A DNA stretch of 64,000 nucleotides from Octopus vulgaris. Its lineage: Eukaryota. The stretch lies in NCBI GenBank assembly GCA_951406725.2, contig OX597826.1, forward strand, positions 18,786,001 through 18,850,000. The letters are read 5' to 3'. A model generated the notes under the pieces. That model searched no databases. It saw only the letters and a program-made list of their open reading frames with translations, and was not told the DNA's origin. Within the stretch, counting starts at the first letter, position 1; each line of letters begins with the position of its first letter. The translations under genes were made by a program, and so were the position numbers. This document shows positions 53,738 to 64,000 of the stretch, one piece after another.

Positions 53738-53863
53738 TTTACTGATCACTGACAAAACTTTGTGCTGCATTAGTTTTGCGAAGTTTTGTCAGTGAACAGG
53801 TTTCAGTTTCAAAGGGAAAAAAATATTTTGACACAAATGAAATTTTAATGCTGAAGTGAAACT

Positions 53864-54025
53864 GGTGCTATTTAAATACAGAGGTCCCTTAATGGTACTA
53901 TTTAGATACAGGTGTTGCATACAAAACATTTTAAATGTACACTGTGTGGACATGTAATGACACCCTAACCCTAACTAACCCTCCCCTTCATATTGTTACG
54001 TAGACCTCTGTATTTAAGTAGTGCC
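53864..54025. mobile_element. Merlin-type MITE (162 bp)
   Basis: GG...CC termini; 23-bp TIRs GGTGCTATTTAAATACAGAGGTC / GACCTCTGTATTTAAGTAGTGCC; 8-bp TSD GTGAAACT/ATGAAACT; internal CCCTAA units. Confidence 0.75.
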
Positions 54026-54690
54026 ATGAAACTAATGGTTTCTGTGAGTTCTCAAATGCAATTGTTTTGGTTTCAGCACATGATCTCGGATCAAGTCACT
54101 TGCTATGCAAGTACATCTCCATAATTTTTTAAATCACTGTTGATAAATTCCAGCAATGACCTCCTCAGGCTCTCCAATATTTAAATTTCTAAACAGAAAC
54201 AATTGGGGTCAGGGAGTAGGGTTGCAAAAAATTCATTATTTCTCAAATTTTCTTTTTTATAGCATATAAATGTATTTATGGGGGGAAAATATTGAAAAAC
54301 ATCAATACATGCGAGAGTGATTAAGAAACAAGGAGAGTTGTGTTTGGATATGCTAGAAACAACAGCCAAATCGCCCTTAAATCACTCACTTTTCTCTCTG
54401 GAAATATTTAAAATTTCTACTGAAAATGCTCTTTCCATGGTTTTGAAGGGCAAAAAAAATTGGCCAAAACAGGTCTGGAGTGGGATGATGAAGGGGGTGT
54501 AAAAAAAAAGAGTTTACAGAACATTTTTCATACAGAAATGCCCCTCACCCCATCTTTTCGAAGGCTGTGATTTAAAAAATATGGGGTAGTGTATATAATA
54601 TATATGTTGAGTATTACCATTTTGGTTGATAATTGACGAAGAATTAGGGACCCTCCGTGTCTGTTTCCCATCCGGTTGTACACTCAGTAT

Positions 54691-55005
54691 CAGTGGTGGA
54701 CTGGGTCTAAAAATATTGGTTGCCAGGAGACTAAGGGGGCTCATCCTCGACTACAAGGGGGCCCACCCACAACTACAATGCTATCATTTAATTTTTTTTT
54801 TTCTGTTAAAGGTATTATTTTCAACTGTCTACAAACACAGCCAGGATGAAATAATTAATGTATACTTCCAGGAGTGAATAAAAAATTCTCAAACTTGAGG
54901 GGGTGGGCCCTTAGATACTAATATGGGCCCCCGTATGTGGATTTTCATTTGTGCAGGTGCCCACTTGCCATCAGGTAAACTGGCAACCTGGCCAGTCCGC
55001 CACTG
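54691..55005. mobile_element. hAT-type MITE (315 bp)
   Basis: TIRs CAGTGGTGGACTGG / CCAGTCCGCCACTG; 8-bp TSD CTCAGTAT/CTTAGTAT; subterminal GGGCCC motifs. Confidence 0.9.
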
Positions 55006-55086
55006 CTTAGTATACTTATATGTTTTTTATTTGTCGTGCATTTACAATACATTTTTCATTTATTATATATATATATATATATATAT

Positions 55087-55240
55087 TGGCGTTAGGAAGG
55101 GCATCCAGCCGTAGAAACACTGCCAGATCTGACTAGGCCTGATGAAGCCTTCCGGCTTCACAGACCCCTGTTGAACCATCCAACCCATGCTAGCATGGAA
55201 AACGGACGCTAAACGATGATGATGATGATGATGATGATGA
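55087..55240 (+). mobile_element. SINE family C 3' part
   Basis: GGCGTTAGGAAGGGCATCCAGCCGTAGAAAC...CCAACCCATGCTAGCATGGAA..(GAT)n. Confidence 0.88.
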
Positions 55241-55261
55241 TATATATATATATATATATAT

Positions 55262-55455
55262 ATCGCCATGTTGATTCGCTAGCCTCTGCACGCATTTTTT
55301 TCTCTCCTTCTTTCTGTGTATCTTTCTGTTGAAGAGCGTAGGCTCGAAACGTAAAAGACTTGTTTTATTTATATTCCTGAGCGCCATACTAATACAATTG
55401 TTTGTTTGTATTCCACCTGCCTTCGTCTTTTGTTTATTTTCATAAAGCTTCCTGT
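55262..55455 (+). mobile_element. (TA)n-embedded short element with minimal hammerhead variant at 55321-55358
   Basis: TCTTT-CTGTTGA-A-GAGC-gtag-GCTC-GAA-ACGT-A-AAAGA. Confidence 0.7.
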
Positions 55456-55461
55456 TATATA

Positions 55462-55500
<39 letters not shown>

Positions 55501-55505
<5 letters not shown>

Positions 55506-55634
55506 CGGCAACGTGAAACTCAGAGTAACAGGTTTTGTAGAATTTTCTGCTGCTTTAAATAAAGCATATTACTCTACCACTGGTATTTGAGTACTCTTTT
55601 TTTCCACCTTGTTTCACATTTATGTGTTTACTCC

Positions 55635-55637
<3 letters not shown>
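55501..55637 (+). mobile_element. (TA)n-embedded short element starting inside a hammerhead core
   Basis: ATGA-ACG-gcaa-CGT-GAA-ACTC-A-GAGT-A; the 5' CTG and stem I are lost at the (TA)n junction. Confidence 0.7.
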
Positions 55638-55669
<32 letters not shown>

Positions 55670-56074
55670 GGAGAGAGAGAGAAGGAGGAAGTGAACAGGA
55701 GAGAGGGTGATTCAGATACTGAAGCTCAAATTTGAAACACCATTTCTCAGTTTGAAATGTTAGTATTTCGACTCAATAATAAAAAAAAAAATAATAAAAA
55801 ATAGAATAAAATAATTACAACTTTTATTTCTCTCTTCTGTCTTTGAATTGTTTTTGTCATTTTGAACTGGACAAACTTACATTAAAATTACGCTGTTTAT
55901 CTCTTCTCTGTTTTAATTTAGTAAAAGCTCTTTATTGTTGTTATTGCTATTATTATTACCTTTCATAAATCTTTCATCACTCTCAGATTTTTTAAACTGG
56001 AGAAAAAATATAATTTGAAATAAAATAATGTGTCAATGTATCTATTTATTTACCAAGGAATATATATATACAAG

Positions 56075-56123
<49 letters not shown>

Positions 56124-56747
56124 AATATGTATATATGTATGTATGTATATATATATATATATATATTTATATATTCATATATATATTTGCATTCGCATGA
56201 TATATATATGCATGCTTTATGCTTATGTATATATATATTTATATATATTTATGTATGAAAAAATATTCATATGTGTGTGTGTGTGTCTCTATATATATAT
56301 ATATATGCATGTATGTATACATATATGTGTGTATATATAAATACACACACACACACACACACACATATATATCTACATATGTATAAAGACATGTATACAC
56401 ACACACATATATATATAAACACACGTATGCATATTTGTGTATGTGTGAAAATATACATTTATACATGCATGCACATATATATATATATGTGCATATATAT
56501 ATATATACGTCTATGTTTGTATATGTTTGCAGATATGTGTGTGTGTGTGTATGAGTGTAAAAACTAATTCCAAAATAGCCATAAATTAACAAGCAATTGT
56601 GTTACTGATTTCCTCCTTACCATTTTTATTCCCTTTCATTGTTTTCACATCATTACTTTTATTGTTTGTTTACATTTCCTTATTTATTTGTTTGCCATAT
56701 ATGTCTTGATGTTGTTTTACTTTAAATCGCATGGTTACACTGCAAAT

Positions 56748-56748
56748 T

Positions 56749-56808
<60 letters not shown>

Positions 56809-56844
56809 TAGTAGTGTAGTAGTAGTAGTAGTAGTAGTAGTAGG

Positions 56845-56900
<56 letters not shown>
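56748..56900. repeat. (AGT)n microsatellite within a microsatellite-dense zone (about 56000-59530)
   Basis: Seen directly. Confidence 0.95.
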
Positions 56901-56901
<1 letters not shown>

Positions 56902-57382
56902 AAACATATTTAAATATATTTTTTTTAAACTTTCTAATTGATTTTGACAATACAAACAAAGTTGAAGATAATATTTCAAAGTTTCTAAGCTCCGGGAAGC
57001 ACTGAGATTCAAACATAAGTTTCTGGAGCAGAACGTTTGTGAATTATAGTCGCATACGATGTTTTGCTCTGTTGTTGTAGCCTTTTTTTGAAAAAATAAG
57101 TATATAAATAAATGAACACGCACATATTGTATGTGTGTATGCATGCATGATGTATAAGTATGTAAGTATATCAATGTGTGTGTGTGTGTGTGTAAAACAT
57201 ATATATGCACATCTGTATGCAGACATTGTTTTGATGTTTTTGTATCCACTACCAAATTATACATCTGCGCATATGTAGGTGTGTGTGCAAGTGTGTATTT
57301 GTGCGTGTGTGTGTGTGTGTGCATGGATGAGAGTATGTATGCAGTATGTGTATGTGAATATATACCTACATATATATATGTA

Positions 57383-57414
<32 letters not shown>

Positions 57415-58056
57415 CATATATATACACACACACACACATATATATATATACATATATATACATATATATATGTATTTAAATATATATTTGTATGTATATG
57501 AACATACATATATATATATATATGTGTGTTTGTGTGTTCCTACATATATATATATATATTTATACACACACACATTGTAGACTTTGTTTTTTCGTTAGTA
57601 TCTGTGAGTCCAATACTAATATAACTTTCCTCAAAATGGTTCAGAAGTGATAAAGTAATAAATAAAATTTTAAAATTGAATAAATAAACTTTTTGTTTCT
57701 GACTTTTTATATTTTCAAAATATTGAAATACAATTATTAATATAATCTCTCTCTCTCTCTCTCCATCTCACTCTGTTTTCCTTTTCTTTTTCTCTTTCTC
57801 CCCTTGTATATCCACATCCCCTCTCTAATTGTCTCAATAGATATGTACATACATGCATACATACACACACACACACACACACACAATGCATATATATGTA
57901 CATGTATGCATATGCACACACCCTTATATATAAATAGATACATACCTATATATATGTATATATACACATATACAAATTTACACACACATACACAATTATA
58001 TATATACATATACATACACATACACACCTGCACACATCAACATACATAGACATGCA

Positions 58057-58094
<38 letters not shown>

Positions 58095-58177
58095 CCTACT
58101 TACATATGCATACATACATAAACATACATACATATATATATATACAATATACATATATTTATATATATATGTGTGTG

Positions 58178-58208
<31 letters not shown>

Positions 58209-59259
58209 TTGTATGCATGTATGTATGTATGTAGATATGTATGTATATATGTATGTGTGCGTGTGTATGTATAAATATATGATCTGAGTGCATAAAATCA
58301 TACTCTTACACATGGGTGTACATACCACAAGACACATGGGTGTACACACCACAATGGCTATTTTTTTTTTCTTTCTCTGCAATGACAAAAGGCTTTTTAA
58401 AGTGGAAACAAATTAACAAATTTCCATATTAATAGTTTAATGGTATATTTTTCTAAATGTCCGCTACTCTACACATGTACACATGCATGTACACACACTT
58501 ATATAATACCCATAAACATATATATATGTATATATATATACATATACACACACGTGTGTGTGTATGATGTATATGAACACTAATATATATATATATATAT
58601 ATATATATGCATATACATATATGTGTTAATGGGTGTGTTTACACACACAAGCACATGTATATGCTATACACACACATATATGTTGGTGTTACGTTTTTTA
58701 GATTTAAAGACGAGAAGAAATATTTTAAACTTACTAACTAATTTAATAATTTGCTATTACTATGTGATAAATGATATGAAGATATTCAACATAAAATATA
58801 CCATGGATAGCTGTGTTTTTAAACTAATAAATTACATTCTTTGACATTTTTTGGTACATATTAAGACTTGTGCTTATTCATAATTTTTTTGTGTGTATGT
58901 TGTAAAATATAACTGCAAGCAGACGTATGTGTACATACACACACTGAAAAATGCATGAACACAAATATATGTATTTGAGTGCGTGCCTCTGTACTTTTAA
59001 AGATATATACATACCTACCTACCTACATACATACATACATACATACAGTGTGTAAGTAAGTATACATATATGTATGTTTTGTATATATGTATATATATAT
59101 ATGTATGTATGCATATATGTATGTATGTATATATATATATATATATATATACGCACATAGATATAGACATATATATATGTATTTTGTATGTATATATATA
59201 TACATATATATCCATATATATACATATATATATCCATATATACATATATATCCATATAT

Positions 59260-59304
<45 letters not shown>

Positions 59305-60146
59305 TATATACATATATACATGTATATTATATAGATAGATAGACAGATAGATAGACAGATAGATAGATAGATATACATGTGCATACATATATGTATTGTC
59401 CTTTCTCTCTCTCTCTCTCTGCATATATAAGTGTGTATATTGTGCTGTGTGTGTGTGCATCTGTGTATATATAATATATATACACACACACATACATACA
59501 CACATACACACACACATATTTATATGCATAGACGTACCTTAGCATAAGGAGTGTAAATTTTAGTTTTGTTTAAAACTTGACTTCTCTTCAGCTGTTATTC
59601 TTTTCTTTGCAGTTGTGTTAGTTTTATTGTCATCACTTTAGATTTTGTTGTCATCATTTTAGTTTTGTTTTATAGATGGAGTGATGGTGGAAAGGAGGAG
59701 GATTTTAGTTTTTCAAAAATTAAACAAGTAAGATTTTCACTATTTTTGAATATCATACAATAAATTTCCAAAGATTTTTTTTGTTTTTATTCCTAAGAAA
59801 AGGATGTTGTGTCAATCATGGCTATTTCGGTTACTCCTCTTCAATTTGTTGCACTATTTTAGAATATTTAATTATAATATATTGCTGCTACGTTGTGAAG
59901 ACATAGTTGTAGAGTTAACGAGTTTGTTTTGCAGTTCTGCTGCTTCAGTTTCGATGCCAATGCAAGCAACATTGGACAAGTGTTTATGCCATAGTCTCAG
60001 CCTGTCCAATGCTGTCTAAAAACTGGAAGCACACCCTGAACAATCCAATCCAAGACACATTACACCTGAAAAAATAGGCTGAGTGGCCATAACTGGAATA
60101 CTTTTTAATTTAAGTCTGCTTAATCAGGACTGAACAAAGGCTAAAC

Positions 60147-60186
<40 letters not shown>

Positions 60187-60800
60187 TTCGTCTCATGATC
60201 ACTTATTACTAAAATCAGAACAAACACACACAACATCTGTATTATTTTTCTTGAGTTTAAGGACTTCGTTTAAGGACTAATTAGGCCAGTTTTCCATACA
60301 AGTGACAGAGATCACAACATTCTCCCTGAATGGGAAGCCAATCCATTATAGGGTTCAGTGGGAGTCATTTTTGAGAGGAGGGAATAAATCGAATACAATG
60401 ACCTCAGCACTTGACTAATTCTTAATTTATTGATCTCGTGAAAGGCTGAAAGGTAAATTTGACCTCACTTGGCATTTGACAAAACAGGAAGAGCTGGCAG
60501 AAATGTTGCTAAGCGTTTTGTCTGACTTCTAATGATTCTGCCAGTTGAGCTGTGTGTGTGTGTGTGTGTAGTGCATGCATGGTGGCATAGTGGTTACAGT
60601 GTTGCACTCATGATCGTACAATAGTGGTTTCATGTTTCTCCAGTCCACTAAGCCAGTAAAAGTTTCTAATCTTGCCACAAACCAGTGCCCTGTCCAGGGG
60701 ATAGGGTGTATATATGCCAGAAAATCTGACAAACTGGCCCTAAGAGTTTATATAATTTGGGAAGGAGCTTTATCCTTTATCCTATGTATGTATGCAGAAA

Positions 60801-60873
<73 letters not shown>

Positions 60874-60897
60874 TTATATTTATATATATATATATAT

Positions 60898-61294
60898 GTG
60901 TGGCTGTGTGGTAAGTAGCTTGCTTACAAACCACATGGTTCCGGGTTCAGTCCCACTGCGTGGCACCTTGGGCAAGTGTCTTCTACTATAGCCTTGGGCC
61001 GACCAAAGTCTTGTGAGTGGATTTGGTAGACGGAAACTGAAAGAAGCCCGTCGTATATATGCATATATATATGTGTGTGTGTGTTTGTGTGTCTGTGTTT
61101 GTCCCCCCAACATCGCTTGACAACCGATGCTGGTGTGTTTACGACCCTGTAACTTAGCGGTTCGGCAAAAGTGACCGATAGAATAATTACTAGGCTTACA
61201 AAGAATAAGTCCTGGGGTCAATTTGCTCAACTAAAAAGGCAGTGCTCCAGCATGCCCACAGTCAAATGACTGAAACAAGTAAAAGAGTAAAAGA

Positions 61295-61296
<2 letters not shown>
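60898..61296 (+). mobile_element. Young near-full-length SINE family A
   Basis: Colinear with 3363-3776, with most CpGs retained. Confidence 0.92.
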
Positions 61297-61336
<40 letters not shown>

Positions 61337-61458
61337 TCACAGATACTGATAAATTCCTCTATTTACATAATATCAAGGTCTCTTTCATTCATTTGTTGTC
61401 TTACCATTACGATTATATATATATATATATGAATGTATGCATATATATGTATACATGC

Positions 61459-61511
<53 letters not shown>

Positions 61512-61529
61512 CATACATGTATGTATATA

Positions 61530-61560
<31 letters not shown>

Positions 61561-62217
61561 TCCAGTTTATATTATAGACTGGAAAAAATATATATATTTT
61601 CCAGTCTATATATAGGAAAATAGACTGTTTTCTTATATATGTATAGGAAAACAGTCTATTGCAACTGCACTAAGCTTTTAAAGATAAGATAGATCCACAC
61701 TGAAGAGAATATGAAATATGAAAAGGGAATGAAAAAATTTAGTGAAATATCTTGAAGATATTTAATAGTTTTGAAACATTTACAAGAAAAAATTTGAAAC
61801 TTTCAAAATAGTAAATTCATGCTATATGTAAGCAATATCTTGTTCATTTCTTTAAAATTATAATTACTAGAACAATATTGCCATGACACTGTAAATTTGA
61901 CTAGTGGGTGGAAGTGACAGAGAAGTGGTGGAGGAAATGATGACAGTAAATAAGAGCTGTAGAGTAAGCTTCTGATTTGAAATATAGATGGAGCTCAAAA
62001 TTAGCAATAAAATTCAGTTCTTTAAAGAATTATATTAAAATTGTATTTTACAAAATTTTATTTTATTTTTGACCAAAATATTGATTTTTAGGATTGTATT
62101 CTTTTTAGGAATGTATTCTTCCTTATAAACATTAAGGAGTAATTTGGCTGCTATTTCTTGCTGTACGCATTCTGGCAGCTATTCTAGCAGTTGAGATACC
62201 ATGTAGGGACTAAACAC

Positions 62218-62251
<34 letters not shown>

Positions 62252-63039
62252 CAATTGGACCACATCTGTAGATTATTTTTTAATACGAAACATGACATAA
62301 CATTTATGTGACATTGCAATTCTTACACCCGTTTCTGCTGCCAATGTCAGTCAGTGCCTACAAAAGAATTGCAAAAGTAATATTCTTCATCTTTATAGGA
62401 TATTCAAACTAGAACATGGAGCTTTATCAAAGTGAATACAAAAGCATCCAAAAAAACAAAAAACAAACAAAAGGAAGAGGGAATAAGAAAGAAAACGTGG
62501 CCTAGAGAATAAGCCAAGAGGCCTAATATATTAAAATCATACCATCTTCCATCATAGTGCTTCAAAGTAGGCAAAAGAGGGATCTAGCAATGGTCTAGGA
62601 AGAAAATTTATGTGTTATTGCCATATAAAGGGAGAACCAGGATGTTTTAAAAGTTGTGAAAAGAAGTTAGCAAAACAAAAATACAAGAAAATTACTAACA
62701 TGTCTAGAAATAAAGCTGTACCTATGTTATCATAAATAGTGCTGGCTGATATTTATCCAAAACGATACCATAGGGTTCTTATGATAGTGTACTTACTGAA
62801 ATATTACATAGAACACCACCTCTTGTCCGCAATAGGATAGACCGAAGTCTATTCATCTCTACAATAGGTCAATACCCATACTCATACCCAGAGGTAACAC
62901 AGGTAACTGATACCAATAGTAAATATGGATATTTTATCCCTTAGTCAGTTAGATAGATAGATAGATAGACAGACAGACGGACAGACGGACAGATAGACGG
63001 ACAGACAAACGGACAGACAAAAGACAGACAGACATATTA

Positions 63040-63990
63040 TTCTTTACCAAGAATTGTATCGACAGTCGAAGTTTTAGACAAGTAAGCCATCATCAGACTG
63101 TGATGCCTTAAGTCTATTTTGGCTTTAGTTAGTCTCTGTTGAGATAAGTTTTACTAGGATTTGTGGGGTTCAGTTAAATGGGAATTAGGGTGTAAGGTGT
63201 GTTGTAATGGAGAGATGTTGTGGAGACAGTTTTATTAATTAAATTTTGGTTATGCTATTGTTCGGAATATATTCATGCATGTAGAACTTTGTAAACAGGT
63301 GTGTATATTAAGGTTGTCAGCTTCAAGTCCTGGGATTGCTTTTTAGCGGTTCACAAAAAAAAAAGAGAATTAGGTAGAGGAAGTATTTTGATCTGGGGTT
63401 ATGCCAATAGATTTAATTATTTTTGGCTTCATTGGATTTAATCCTTTGCTTTAGCAATGTAAATGTCAAAGTTCAAAGTTTAGTGCAGCATTTAAAAACT
63501 TAGTAATTGGTTGTGTCAGCTTTTTTTTTTTTTTTTTTTGTAGTAATGGAATTTTTAAGGGTTCACAAAGAATGTAAGTAGATGGTATGTTTTAGCTAGT
63601 CAGTAAGTTTCTTTACTTGCTGCTGATGGTATATAGGATATTTCTGTTTTGTATTTAGAAGATGAAAGTTATTAGTTGAGCATGTCATGGTGTTATTAGT
63701 ATAGAATTTGCTTATTTTAAGTTTAGATGTTCACAATAAGATGTAGGTAAATGTAAAGGTTATTAGTCTGCATATTTCTCTTTAGGTGTTCATTGTTCTA
63801 TAAGCAATTTGATTAATATGTAGAAACTTTAACTGTTGTGCTTTATGGAGGCAAGGTTTGTTGATTATATTTTCATAAACATTTCTCCAATTCTGTTTCA
63901 GGTCTGAGTATTTCACAATATATATTAGCCCCATGGATATATGTGGAAGTGTGTATATACTCATGTAAATAAATAAGAATGAAAATAAAA
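63040..63990 (-). mobile_element. Degenerate Penelope-like element 3' part with decayed hammerhead
   Basis: Minus-strand peptides KFYTNNTMTCSTNN, YHQQQVK and PVYKVL..NLINK resemble PLE zinc-knuckle/GIY-YIG; ACAGT-CTGATGA-TGGC..GTCT-AAAAC..ACTGT at about 63101-63062. Confidence 0.55.
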
Positions 63991-64000
63991 TTTAATTTTA

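Noticed and set aside
53963-53982. True telomere or chromosome fusion scar
   Set aside because: Only about 3 units, lying inside a MITE.
55139-55165. CTGATGA as a hammerhead core
   Set aside because: No downstream GAAA/NUH; part of the SINE-C body.

Overview
AT-rich, repeat-dominated eukaryotic DNA. The SINE, LINE and microsatellite complement strongly suggests an octopus (coleoid cephalopod) intron or intergenic region; this is inference from family recognition. I find no intact host protein-coding gene, rRNA, true tRNA or CRISPR array, and almost all ORFs in the track are microsatellite read-throughs. Recognisable content: at least four SINE families; decayed RTE and CR1/L2 LINE pieces plus a probable R4/Dong tail; three Penelope-like element (PLE) remnants; a Helitron with intact ends and a PIF1 helicase pseudogene; Tc1/mariner derivatives; and piggyBac-, hAT- and Merlin-type MITEs. 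The most striking unexplained signal is a set of about 10 type-I hammerhead-ribozyme (HHR)-like motifs (CUGANGA...GAAA...NUH) from several unrelated sequence families, mostly in short elements inserted in (TA)n. They include a perfect 130-bp palindrome with an HHR fold on each strand, a young 428-bp fold-back element with an internal HHR, and a tRNA-headed SINE with an HHR tail. All folds were done by eye; coordinates of decayed repeats are approximate.
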